This document shows, piece by piece, positions 1-10,554 of a stretch of 64,000 bases of DNA. Where the stretch lies: contig CAVQMO010000012.1 in assembly GCA_963713605.1 (NCBI GenBank), forward strand, positions 288,001-352,000, read 5' to 3'. The position numbers were made by a program, and so were the translations under genes. A model generated the notes under the pieces. That model was given only the letters and a program-made list of their open reading frames with translations. It searched no databases and was not told the DNA's origin. Origin of the DNA: an uncultured Nitrososphaerales archaeon (GTDB taxonomy: Archaea > Thermoproteota > Nitrososphaeria > Nitrososphaerales > Nitrososphaeraceae). Numbering within the stretch: position 1 is the stretch's first letter; each line of letters starts with the position of its first letter.

Positions 1-192
1 TTCAACTTTAGTTCTTGGTATGTATTCTGGTGTATACTTCATAGTCCCCCTTCCACCAGCAACTGCCTCTGCCTTTGTGCTTCCTCTTCCCTCCACCTTG
101 TAATGAGTCATTCCGCCAACTTGTGCTTCCCTAAGAATCTCATCAACATGCTTTAGTGCCCGGTCAGGAATTACAATCTGAATTTGTTTCAA
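1..192 (-). CDS. P-II family nitrogen regulator (N-terminal part; runs off the window edge)
   Basis: Hand translation from TTG at 192: MKQIQIVIPDRALKHVDEILREAQVGGMTHYKVEGRGSTKAEAVAGGRGTMKYTPEYIPRTKVE. Has the GMT..V.GRG and T-loop pattern of GlnB/GlnK. Confidence 0.88.
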   Translation of the reverse strand, partial: MKQIQIVIPDRALKHVDEILREAQVGGMTHYKVEGRGSTKAEAVAGGRGTMKYTPEYIPRTKVE

Positions 193-243
193 ATTTTGTC
201 AGGCTTCACTTGTGTATTCTTGCCCGTATAAATAGTAAGTGTG

Positions 244-263
244 TGCAATGCATTACTGTGCAT
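244..263. promoter_or_regulatory. (TGCAN)n phased array upstream of the P-II promoter
   Basis: TGCAA TGCAT TACTG TGCAT, next to the TATA-like tataaata at 227-234. Confidence 0.5.
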
Positions 264-399
264 TAGTACATAAATTAGTAATAGTAACATCTCACAATAA
301 TAGAAGTCTTAAGACTTTAGAGGTGGTATATCATTATCGATATAATGAAATGACGTGAGGTGGCTATCCATGGCTTTTTAAATTATTTCTAAACAAGGA

Positions 400-2040
400 T
401 CAAGACAAGTAATCTAAAAGACCATCCCTAACTTCCATCTTTCCTTCATTAAAGATTCTTTCATCCATTTCCTTAACCAATCCTGCGTTAGGCATGAAAC
501 TCATCTTAGAATATACGTCTTTATCCGGATCAATTCCTGGAGCAACCTCTTCTAGAACTATTCCATTCTCACTCAATCTGAAGACTGCTCTCTCTGTTAC
601 ATAAAGAACCTCTTGCCCATATTTAATTGCCTGATGTCCACTGAACACCACCTTAAAGACTTTTTCCACAAATTTTGAAGTTGTCCCGTCACGAACAATA
701 TTAATTCGGTTATTTGAGATACGAATATCACTTTTTCCTGCAGTAAACGCACCTCCAAAGCAGATTTTTGGAGCTCCCCCGGCTATCACTGGAAATCCAC
801 CCGGTCCAAATATTTTATTGGGCAGCATTGATGGATTTACGTTTCCTTCTTTGTCGACTTGAAGGAAACCAAGAGACGCGGCATCGATTATTCCACCCTC
901 AAAATTAGAGAATACATCAGGAATAGTTGACAATGCAAATGGACTTATTGCTAATCCGAAGTCATTTCCAGATAGAGCAAGTCCTCCCCAAGGACCAGAT
1001 TCTAGTACTGTTATGATAAAGTCTGAGACATCCTCTTCAGCCCCGACTGAAGATATAAGAGCAGGGATTCCTATTCCTAGATTGACTAAAATAGGTGCTC
1101 CCTTTTTCTTGAATACCGCCAATAATTCTAGAAGGATTCTTCTAGCGATTACCCGTTCATGTGCGTAAGATAGTGCCTTTGGAAGACCCTCCAACCAGCT
1201 TCCTGTAATGGGCGGAATAACCTTATAGGAGAGCCTAAGGTCATATTCGATGGTTCCACTTTGCCAATGATATTCTTTGGGGGACACAACGACATGATTT
1301 ACTAACGGTCCTGGTACATCGACATCTCTCGGACTGATTGTGCCAGATTTTGAAAGCCATCTGACCTGGGCAATCACCGTACCAGCGTGAGGTCTCGCTT
1401 TTGCGGCTTGCGCAATACTTAGAATAGTTCCCTTTAATCCCTCTTCTCGTAAAGACAAATTTCCATATTCATCTGAAATGGATGCCCTTATCAAAGCATA
1501 ATCGGGCTTGGGGGCCTGATACAGAAGATAGTCAGTTCCTCCGATATCCAATAGGCTTACTTTGCACGGCCCATCTTTTCTTGCCCGTTGATTCAATCCA
1601 GCACCATCGTTTCTCGGATCAAGATACGTATCAACACCAATCCTTGTCAATAGTCCTGGCCGTCCTGCTGCAACCTCTCTGAACCAGTATGCGGTAATCC
1701 CTATTGGCCATCCGTAGCATTCAATTCGATCATCTGTTACGAGTTTCTGAAGCCAAGGTGAAAAGCCTAGAAATGGCATTAATGCACCTCTAAGAAATTT
1801 CTGCTCAGGGTCCTTGTAAAGGTCTTCGGCGACTTTATCTAATGCTCTGCCGGGTGTAGCAGGAAGAGCATCAGAGATAACAAACAAATTCTTTGGGTGT
1901 CCGTTCTTAGTGTATTGATGATATAATTCAAGAATAAGATATTCAGGCGTATTAGCCATGTTAAAGCCAGAAATTGCAACGACACTATTATCTTTTATAT
2001 CAGACAAGGGAATATTGATACCAACAATCTTGGAGAACAT
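400..2040 (-). CDS. Acyl-CoA:acetate/propionate CoA-transferase (fused family I, YdiF/Pct-like)
   Basis: 546 aa; GRPGLLTRIG..TYLDPR, NLGIGIP, catalytic-type (L)ESG, QVDKEGNVN..GPGGF, YVTERAVFRL motifs. Confidence 0.9.
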   Translation of the reverse strand: MFSKIVGINIPLSDIKDNSVVAISGFNMANTPEYLILELYHQYTKNGHPKNLFVISDALPATPGRALDKVAEDLYKDPEQKFLRGALMPFLGFSPWLQKLVTDDRIECYGWPIGITAYWFREVAAGRPGLLTRIGVDTYLDPRNDGAGLNQRARKDGPCKVSLLDIGGTDYLLYQAPKPDYALIRASISDEYGNLSLREEGLKGTILSIAQAAKARPHAGTVIAQVRWLSKSGTISPRDVDVPGPLVNHVVVSPKEYHWQSGTIEYDLRLSYKVIPPITGSWLEGLPKALSYAHERVIARRILLELLAVFKKKGAPILVNLGIGIPALISSVGAEEDVSDFIITVLESGPWGGLALSGNDFGLAISPFALSTIPDVFSNFEGGIIDAASLGFLQVDKEGNVNPSMLPNKIFGPGGFPVIAGGAPKICFGGAFTAGKSDIRISNNRINIVRDGTTSKFVEKVFKVVFSGHQAIKYGQEVLYVTERAVFRLSENGIVLEEVAPGIDPDKDVYSKMSFMPNAGLVKEMDERIFNEGKMEVRDGLLDYLS

Positions 2041-2131
2041 TTGCTAAATATCACCGAGTGTTCCTATTTAAGTAGACCCGTTGTCCATTGCTCCGTAATG
2101 CAAAGTTCCACGACATACTAAATACCGATTC

Positions 2132-2692
2132 TCAGATATGCCATTTCAATTCATGTTTTTTCTTTTTTTCCTCATTCTTAAACTCTGCCAGACAATATGT
2201 GCACTTATATGTGGAGATAATTTTAATTGGATAGTCATTATTACTATCATTGTTAACACCAATATCATGATTCTCACTGTTGTCACCTGCATATGAGGTA
2301 AATGCAGATGACCTTACCAATCCCATACGTACTTTTTTGTAATTGTCAAGAAGATCCTTTAATGTATAGTCCCAACCATTCTGCAGGAGTTCGAGTCTAT
2401 CTGCTTACGCTACAGGATGAGTATATCGTCCAGTGGGATTTGTTGATGCAAGGAATTCTCTCCTGCCTTTCTTTTCTCTAGCTTCAGATTCAGGATCTCC
2501 ATCTAATAGTAATCGAATAGCATACTAATTTTCTTCATTATTAGTCCATAATTGGATCTTCCTGTGAATTGTGTCCTTATCGCTTGCTACTCTTTTTAGC
2601 TCCTCTAAATCACTTTTGGCAAGATCAGCTCTTGCAATCCTCTTTTCTCCTTTCTGTTCATCATCATCATCATCAACAGATGCTTTGGGCAA
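2132..2692 (-). pseudogene. Broken hypothetical protein with a C-terminal C2H2 zinc finger
   Basis: C-terminus YKCTYCLAEFKNEEKKKKHELKWH; upstream charged coding-like sequence is interrupted by frameshifts and stops. Confidence 0.45.
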
Positions 2693-2832
2693 GTTTTGAA
2701 TCTCAAAAAAGTATTAAGAATGGCTTTCAATATTAACTATACATGAATTTAGATTTTAAATAGCAGATACTAGATTAGAATCGAGTCTGTTACCATATGT
2801 TTAGATAACACACGTAATATAGACATCATTGT

Positions 2833-3246
2833 TTGTCAGATTCATCCTCATCAATTCCCATTGGGCCAACTGCATTTGATAATGCCAACACGGACAAAGA
2901 AATTCTAGATGAGTACAGAAGGACATGTTCTATAATATTTGGAAAAACAAGCCATTCCCAGATGAGATTCCTCCAGGCGTCAATAGAACTACAGCAGAGT
3001 CTATTGAATTCATGCGATTCCCTACTTGCAAAACAAACCAATTGGCTTGAGGAAAATCTGTTCGAGAATAATAGTACGCCTGCCAGCATCTTTGGGTCCA
3101 ACCTGAAAGCTTTGGTTAGGGGCTACACTGCAACAGTTGACGCGTTAATGACTATGTTATCAATTGGTTATGATTTGACAACCTTTCATATAGAAAGTTA
3201 CAAGAAGATTACCGATACGTTAAACAAATCTTTTTTCTTGCCATGA
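2833..3246 (+). CDS. Hypothetical helical protein
   Basis: 137-aa ORF, TATA-like tttaaata at ~2755, T-rich end. Confidence 0.55.
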   Translation: MSDSSSSIPIGPTAFDNANTDKEILDEYRRTCSIIFGKTSHSQMRFLQASIELQQSLLNSCDSLLAKQTNWLEENLFENNSTPASIFGSNLKALVRGYTATVDALMTMLSIGYDLTTFHIESYKKITDTLNKSFFLP

Positions 3247-3313
3247 TTTATTGAGGAACAGGTATATCGATTAAAACCATTCTGAGTTTAAATAATAGGT
3301 GATTATTTTTTCA

Positions 3314-3874
3314 TCAGATTCCGGGATTGGTACCCTTTGGAAAATTATCGTCATTAAGGAATCTCTCATACATAAAACGGTACCCAAATTGCATTTGATC
3401 ATTAAGCAGGCCTTCACCGACAGATGTAGATAAAGGCATGGTTTTCATAACTGCTCTCAGAATATCCTTGTCAGTGACAATTCCGACCATGTTATTATTC
3501 TCGTCTCCGATCACGGGAAGTCTGCGTATATTTCTTAGTTGCATTGTCTCAATTACGTCTCTCAGAGAATTGGCTGTTGTAACTGTGATTAGTGGTGTGC
3601 TCATTACTTCAGAAATTTCTGTTCGAAGTGATAGGGCCCGATCAGAACCCAGATATGATACAACATCTCTTTCAGTAATCATCCCTATCGCCATAGGTAG
3701 CTCACTTTCACGTTTTTCTTTAGTTAGAGTGTTATCACTGCCCTGAATGATAACTATGCTGCCGATTCCATTATGATACATACTCTTGCATACGTCTCTA
3801 ATTGTTTGGTTTGAATAGGCAGTTTTGACATCCTTACTCATTACACTTGTGATAGACAGATCCTCAAAAGTCAT
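3314..3874 (-). CDS. CBS-domain (Bateman module) protein
   Basis: IGSIVI, GMITERD, MSTPLIT, IRRLPV, GIVTDKD. Confidence 0.92.
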   Translation of the reverse strand: MTFEDLSITSVMSKDVKTAYSNQTIRDVCKSMYHNGIGSIVIIQGSDNTLTKEKRESELPMAIGMITERDVVSYLGSDRALSLRTEISEVMSTPLITVTTANSLRDVIETMQLRNIRRLPVIGDENNNMVGIVTDKDILRAVMKTMPLSTSVGEGLLNDQMQFGYRFMYERFLNDDNFPKGTNPGI

Positions 3875-3923
3875 AATTATATGTCAGTGAACCTTTGTGA
3901 TTAAAGTATTTGTATGCTAGGTA

Positions 3924-3948
3924 TTCACTGCATTGCCATGCATTACAA
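3924..3948. promoter_or_regulatory. (TGCAN)n phased array upstream of the CBS gene
   Basis: TTCAC TGCAT TGCCA TGCAT TACAA; TATA-like attaaag at 3900-3906. Confidence 0.5.
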
Positions 3949-4181
3949 GCAATACTCACAGACCGCTTGTAATATCTCCTCTAATGAAAATAATCCAGTC
4001 TGTCACACACATACATATTGGTTAATTAGGGAGTTTGATTCGATCATTGAAGAATAAGGGAAAAAAGTATCGGTCATCAAAGTGAGATACTTATTGGTGT
4101 CTTCGCAAAGCAGTTAGCTTGATAACCAAACTGTAGGAATGATACTTCTTCTTTGGTCAAGCTAGCTTCATGCATACTATC

Positions 4182-4584
4182 TCAACTGAATAATTCCCTG
4201 TTTTTGTCAGTATAGGGTAGCAACTCAGTTTCTATAATATCTTTTACATCGGTACCTATATCAAATGATAAAAGAATAAAGAAGTTGACCTCGTGATTAC
4301 CTTTTATTGCAACCGGGACAGTAGCGCGAATTAGTCTATCGTATGTTCCTATAGAATGCTTAAGCATCCCTAATTTGCTTATAAAATCCTCTCTTATTGC
4401 GGCTCGAAGTACGGCCTGCAGTGCATAATGTTGAGTCTCCTCTTTTGTCATGAATGGCGTTAACCCTTCCCGATATGAGGTAGATAACAGTGTGCCGTGG
4501 TTGTTTGCTATTCCTACGAATCTAATAGATTCTGCTCATCTTCGATACCTCATTGCATATTTGTGTAAAATGATTGGAGGCCAT
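4182..4584 (-). CDS. Thaumarchaeal DUF6659/roadblock-like protein (frameshift near the N-terminus)
   Basis: SIRFVGIANNHGTLLSTSYREGLTPFMTKEETQHYALQAVLRAAIREDF...LG...Y..LIRATVP. Confidence 0.65.
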
Positions 4585-5340
4585 CCCTTCTGACAATTGA
4601 TACTTACCAAGATGAGTACAACGTTACAACTATTTATTTAATAGGATCAGCATATCCCACTAAACCTTAGAAGAATTGAGACATTAAACATCGGGAGTGG
4701 TGGAATTCAATAGCTAAAGGGATTTCTCTTTAGGTCTCGAGGTTATTGGAGGATTATTAGGAAGCAGTTGTTGAAGAGATGGGTACCTGCACGTGAGAGG
4801 CTGCATCAATTAGACAGAAGTAAGGATGAAAATAATAACCACCAAAAGAACAGCTGCAGTGTAATACTGTAAATCTAAACTGCAGGGGTAGAAATTGTGG
4901 CTGGTTCTACCAATAATTTAGAGATAGAAGGTGTCGCCTTTAACAACCCGACTAGACGAAGTGAGGATAAAGTCACGGTTTTATGACTCAATAAGAAGGA
5001 AGGTACGTGAAAAATGTAGGTGCGTTACCCAATCATCTCGCCTGCCTCAACCGGAGGGATCATTTCTTCGACACGCCTCAACCTCCAGAAGCACTTGATT
5101 TTGCAGAAATTGATAACTATGATATTATCGCACAGAAGTAGATAGTTACCGATGATAATAGTATGCCCGGATAAGAATTTGAGGTACAGAGGGTACGTTA
5201 ATTCATACATATGAATTAGGTAAAAAGAGTTAGACCCTGAAGGAAGTTGTCAAGGGTGTAAATCTCAATTAAAAGAAAGCTCTTACTGGAGAATGTGTTG
5301 ATCGCCCATTCAAGTTGGTAGTTAAAATTACAACAAAAAT

Positions 5341-5815
5341 TCACCGTACAATCAATACAGGGCAATGTGCATACAATAGCACGCCTGAGGCAATGCTTCC
5401 TAATAGAGCTCTTTTAAAACCCGACTTCCCTCTCGTGCCCATTACTATAAGATCTACACTTTCGCGTTCTGCATAGTTAATTATTACCCGTTCCACGGTT
5501 GAGGAGGGATCTTCTATAATCTCTGATCTAAATCTTGCTTCAGTAACTTCCGATCCTATCAAGCCATCGACAAATGATCTTTCGACTTCATCCAGCCATT
5601 TTTTTGCTTCTCTTCTTTTTTCTTCCAATATATTGTCGTGTAAACGAGTTCCTGACTGGGTAAGAACATATCCGTATGGTAGAGACATCAAATCAAGTAT
5701 TGTCAACCCAATCAATTCTGATCTATATTTCTTGGAAAGACTGGTCCCAATACGAGCAGCCTTCATTGAGGGTGACCGATCCATCTATTGGGAGCATTAT
5801 CTTTTTTATTTTCAT
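5341..5815 (-). CDS. Universal stress protein (UspA family), frameshift after MKIKKIMLPIDGS
   Basis: IDGS N-terminal motif; DLIVMGTRGKSGFKRALLGSIASGVLLYAHCPVLIVR. Confidence 0.92.
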
Positions 5816-5903
5816 CCTATCTACCTTTAGTCACCATAGCAATTATACATCCGCCAGTTTAATTAGTTGTATGTATAAGTTATCCTGAATCAGATTCAAA
5901 TTA

Positions 5904-6599
5904 TTATTTGATAATTTCGCTTATTAAATATCCAACTAGGTAGGCAACAAAAGCAGCTATTCCGCCAATTGACAAAGTGTTCAATCCTGTTCTAATTAGT
6001 GATCTATGGACTACCATCCCTCTAATTATTCCTATTAGAAAAAATGCTATAGCAGTGAATATTATTGAGAACAAAAAGGCATCAGACGTTGACCAAACGT
6101 TGCTAAATCCAGAGATATAAAGCAAAATAAATGGAAATAATGGAATCATACCAATCAAATTGAACGCCATAAAAGTTGTTATCGCGGTATCTCTGGCACT
6201 CCGATTCTTGTCTTCAATTAAGCCTAATTCTTCTTTCATCATAGTGTCGATCCACACCTTCCTTGTGGAAGTAATAACTCTCACTATCTCATCCAATAGC
6301 TCTTCCCTAAAGCCTTTCTCTTTATAGATATCTCTTATTTCTTGTTCCTCTTGCTCTGCCAAGTTGTCGATTTCCCATTCTTCCCTCCTTCTTTGATTTT
6401 GAATATATTCTCTATGTGTCTTCGCGCCTAGGTAGTTTCCAATAGACATTGAGAAGCCATCTGCAAAAAGATTAGCAAATCCTAATATCAAGACGATAGA
6501 TGGCGATAGCGATGCTCCAATAACTCCGGCAACAACTGCGAAGGTGGTTACTGCTCCATCGGTCGCTCCATATACAAAATCCTCAATAGATAATTTCAT
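5904..6599 (-). CDS. VIT1/CCC1 family Fe/Mn transporter
   Basis: VYGATDGAVTTFAVVAG, GFANLFADGFSMSIGNYL, MMKEELGL. Confidence 0.95.
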   Translation of the reverse strand: MKLSIEDFVYGATDGAVTTFAVVAGVIGASLSPSIVLILGFANLFADGFSMSIGNYLGAKTHREYIQNQRRREEWEIDNLAEQEEQEIRDIYKEKGFREELLDEIVRVITSTRKVWIDTMMKEELGLIEDKNRSARDTAITTFMAFNLIGMIPLFPFILLYISGFSNVWSTSDAFLFSIIFTAIAFFLIGIIRGMVVHRSLIRTGLNTLSIGGIAAFVAYLVGYLISEIIK

Positions 6600-6937
6600 A
6601 AGTATAAGTTAAGTATAGGATACTATTTGCTTTTTGTCCTGTGGTAAACTTGTTCTTGTAAGAAGACTGCAAAATGATGTTGAGTCATGCAACACCCACT
6701 CCTACCGTCCACGTATTCCAAATCACCTCAAAACACGGGAATAAGAGACCCTTTCTAACCTAAGAAAGGTGATTCGGTCTGCTGGCGATTACAACCTCAC
6801 GCAACGACTACCAGGGGCAGTTCAGTGTAGGCTTAAGATCTATTAGCCAAACGTGTCCGAAATACAAATGAGACTTGTGACGCCAAAATAACAGTCATAA
6901 TGTAGGGATTAAAAAAGTATCTGATTTGCGTCTTTGC

Positions 6938-7447
6938 TTATGATGTCTGGAACGCCTTCTCCATGTCTCTGTCTATAGGGCTTGCCATTACGTCTTCAAC
7001 AATATTATACGGTGCCAAATTGTCCACAGCAGTTTTAAATGTAACTAGGCCAGACAATACACTGAGAATCGTTTGAGGATCATTGTTGTTGGCAGTCAGG
7101 GGTGCAGTTTTCACAAATGTTACTAGTGCCTTATCTGCTAGACCTTGAGCAATCTGATAATCTGCTTGGCTTACTATCGGCTGCGATGTTGCATTTGCTA
7201 AGGCAGTCATATTTGGAGCAGTCATGTTTGCGCTCATTGGAAGATGTTCACGTTCAACATAGGTGCTCCCTGTAGCATTTGCGTAATACCCGAGGGACTG
7301 ATCAATCATATTCATAACTGCTGCGGCTTTTTGCCTCGCTTGTATGTCTACTGTCGCATTTGCAGGACTAGTCAAAAGATTGGTCCCCATCAAAGTAATA
7401 AACACGGTCTGCGACCAATGCAAGAGTTTGGATCCGTGTTTTCTCAT
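6938..7447 (-). CDS. Secreted helical-bundle hypothetical protein
   Basis: Probable start MRKHGSK with a signal-like segment; several N-x-T sequons (NAT, NMT). Confidence 0.55.
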   Translation of the reverse strand: MRKHGSKLLHWSQTVFITLMGTNLLTSPANATVDIQARQKAAAVMNMIDQSLGYYANATGSTYVEREHLPMSANMTAPNMTALANATSQPIVSQADYQIAQGLADKALVTFVKTAPLTANNNDPQTILSVLSGLVTFKTAVDNLAPYNIVEDVMASPIDRDMEKAFQTS

Positions 7448-7908
7448 AGGATCTTTTTTCGACCATCTAACGTGATAACAGAGACTACTATCTAAAATAT
7501 ATGATCGCACTGCACCTAATAGCACCCATAGCGATATCAGTATAACGACTGACCAGGATAATACAGGGTTACAGCAAACGATGGATGGTTCTGATACAAT
7601 AGGTACGTACGATGGTTCCCACTCAGGACATTCCCAATATACCACTGACCTGCAGAGCAGAGTTTTTGTAATACTTGTAATAGATAGCATGTATGATTTC
7701 CGAGACCTCAGAGGAGGGCAGAGCGGAACCGGAGATGAGCAGACTTTGATTGTATGGCGATGGCGATCACCGCATGGTATGCAAATATCTAGCGTATTGT
7801 CACAACTAGTCGACTTCTCTAGTCAACTGCCATATAACTAGCACGTTTACCTGTTAAGCTTATCAGTTGGTTGGTTAAAGGAGGGCCATGTATACATTTT
7901 AATTTGAA

Positions 7909-8349
7909 TTATTTTTGTATAATTATCGTCCCTTTGACCGACGGATTTGTGCTTGAGTAATAAGGATAAGTCCCTGGATTAAGATTTGCAGTTACAAACT
8001 CGCCATACCCTTTTGATTTTATTACCCCTGTATCGAACAATTTTCCTGACAGTGGATCTTCTGGTCCAGTACCACTTGTAATGCTGTGAGGAGAACTGCT
8101 ATTATTGCCGATAAATATTTCTGCGCCTTGGGATACGGTTGTCGTCTCTGGTCTAAACAACGTATTTTGTTGGGCGTCATCAGTAATCGTAATTATTACT
8201 GCAACGGGAGAAGAACCCGAGGCAAGGACTAATGGGAAAACAGATCTGAATGCATTCTCGCCAGCAGCAAAAGTTGCTACCGAAATACTAATTATAAAAA
8301 GCAACAATGACAACTTCATTGAAATATTATTCGAAAGTCTATCCAGCAT
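7909..8349 (-). CDS. Secreted cupredoxin-fold protein lacking the Cys/His/Met copper ligands
   Basis: PHSITSGTGPEDP..GKLFDTG, PGTYPYYSSTNPSVKGTI. Confidence 0.8.
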   Translation of the reverse strand: MLDRLSNNISMKLSLLLFIISISVATFAAGENAFRSVFPLVLASGSSPVAVIITITDDAQQNTLFRPETTTVSQGAEIFIGNNSSSPHSITSGTGPEDPLSGKLFDTGVIKSKGYGEFVTANLNPGTYPYYSSTNPSVKGTIIIQK

Positions 8350-8566
8350 GCCTAAATCTATAACTTCGGTATAATTTGAAGTTTATTATTCCAAGCATAT
8401 CAGGACAGTCCCGAGCGTCCGCTAAAAAGTAATATCTGCAGGCTGATGTCAATAAGCAACTTATGTCCTTTGAATGCGCAAAAGAACTCGAACCGGAAAT
8501 AGGCCGACTTCAAGGTAAGCACGGTTATCCTGACGCGGCGAATAAAAGTACCTTTGAAAATGGGAT

Positions 8567-9088
8567 ATGGCAAGTATAATTCTAACTGGAGCTCCTGGTG
8601 TGGGTAAGACTACAATAGTGATAGATATTGCTCAGAAACTAAAGGAGAGAGGAGTGAGAGTAGGCGGTTTAGTATCTAGAGAAGTAAGAACCAATAATGT
8701 AAGAACAGGATTCGAATTCATTGACCTTGCTACAAATGATGGCGATGTTTTGGCTTCTGTGACCGAAAATGGTCCGAGAGTCGGCAAATACTTCGTTAAC
8801 CTAGCAGGATGCAGATTTGCTGCCGACCGATTGAAGATTGCTTTAATCAGTTCAGACGTCATAGTTTGTGACGAGATTGGCCCTATGGAGCTTAAATCAA
8901 AAGAGTTCATAGATGCTGCAAGTAATTTACTCAGGACTAACAGGAAGGTGATTGTTGTTATTCACCAAAAATTAGAACACCCTTTAATCAGTGAGTTTAG
9001 AGAGAAATCTAGTTCTTTGATCAACATTAATATCGGAAATAGGGAGAAAGTTGCCAAAATATTACTTAATGAATTAAGTTGCCTCTGA
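8567..9088 (+). CDS. THEP1-family NTPase
   Basis: LTGAPGVGKTT, RVGKYFV, VCDEIGPMELKS. Confidence 0.93.
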   Translation: MASIILTGAPGVGKTTIVIDIAQKLKERGVRVGGLVSREVRTNNVRTGFEFIDLATNDGDVLASVTENGPRVGKYFVNLAGCRFAADRLKIALISSDVIVCDEIGPMELKSKEFIDAASNLLRTNRKVIVVIHQKLEHPLISEFREKSSSLININIGNREKVAKILLNELSCL

Positions 9089-9223
9089 TGCTTTTCAGCC
9101 CAGATACGGATACAATAAAGGTCTCACCTGCAGTGCATTGATACCAAGCATAGTGTCGATTTCACAATGATCCGAGGGTTCATTTATTGTGATAAGATTT
9201 ACAGGCTTTTTATTGACTGATGA

Positions 9224-9812
9224 TTATTTAGTCAAACCTAGGGATTGCCGCTTCCTGTCTCCTCTTCTATCTAAAACCGTAATCACCGTCCCACCTACTA
9301 ATGTTCCTATACCAATAACAAATACCCATGCTCCAGCTATTAACCCAGTAACGGTAGATAAGTTTATCTCACCACTATTTTCTGTAATCGGTAAGTATCC
9401 AAAGATACCTCCAATTTTGACTTGGTCAGTGCCCAAATTATGGATAGAAAGTGTATAGATTCCATCTATCTCCGGCTTAAACGAGGCAAAAATGTCGCTT
9501 TGACCGTCTTCACCAAATTCATTTTTATTTACTATGAATCCCTTGGGATCGATCACTGTCTGTTCCACAGCTGGATTACCTGTACTATTATTGGCTTCAA
9601 CATGTAGTGCTATTGAGACTGGTCGTTCTATATTGGTTATCTCGAGAGTGCGATTCACAGAGCTGGAAGGATCGACCAAAACATCTGATAGGATGATGCT
9701 TTCATTTAGAATAACACTCGCAATGCCCATGCCATATGCTGTCTGCCATACTTATTCCTATGGCAACAAGAGCAGCGCCTACTAGTAATATTATGTATCC
9801 TCTCTTTAACAT
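9224..9812 (-). CDS. Membrane-anchored hypothetical protein (frameshift near the N-terminus)
   Basis: N-terminal MLKRGYIILLVGAALV, beta-rich middle, C-terminal TM helix. Confidence 0.6.
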
Positions 9813-10554
9813 TTTTGTGGAGAATTACATCGTGTCCTTCATTATTATCTGTATTTTTTCAAACAAATATGCAGGAGAGTGTTAGGGGATCTTGATCTGA
9901 CTTTATTCAACCTACGCAATTTCGTTGATTCCTCAAATGATTGCTTCAAACTCTTGGGTAACACACTATAAAAAAACAAGCGACTAACGGCAACATCGGA
10001 TGGCGCTGTGCTGGTTAGGACTCGTAGATTAAGTTAACAAGAGATTGGGCAGGCAGTCAACTTTGATTAATTGATACTCTCCGCCTGTTTCTTTTCAGTT
10101 CCGTTAAATGGCGGTGCTGATCCTTGGTACTATCTAGATCTTTTTATTTTGCAAGATTATAGATAAGCAGTTTTGCAGTGCTTCGTTACTGGCTATAGTA
10201 ACGCTTATATATTTTATGTTGTAGAAAGACATGTATAATAATAACAGAATTTTACTTCTTCGCTTTGCACTTCTTTTCTGATGAAGAAGGTGAATCAAAC
10301 TCGGAAGCGCCCATTCTTGAATTCAGGACAACATCATCTTCACTACCCACATTGACTAAAAGAATCATGCTTGGGGCTATCTTAATGGAATTCCATCTAT
10401 CACAGCTAAAATGCTCCCTACTTTAGATGCATAGCTATTATATGACGCTAAAAGCAGACAAGAAACTATGAAATAAATGAATCTGCAGATAACAACGTTA
10501 AGGCTTGAAGTAAATAGAATAATAAAAAGAACTTGTAACAATAGATAATAATAT

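Noticed and set aside
6680..6840. Structured RNA or metal riboswitch upstream of the VIT1 gene
   Set aside because: It is GC-richer with a short hairpin (cctttct...agaaagg), but I could not match it to yybP-ykoY, NiCo or any other family by eye.
7448..7841. N-terminal extension of the 6938 ORF, or the 7581 + ORF
   Set aside because: No recognisable motifs; the signal-peptide-like start at 7447 is more plausible.
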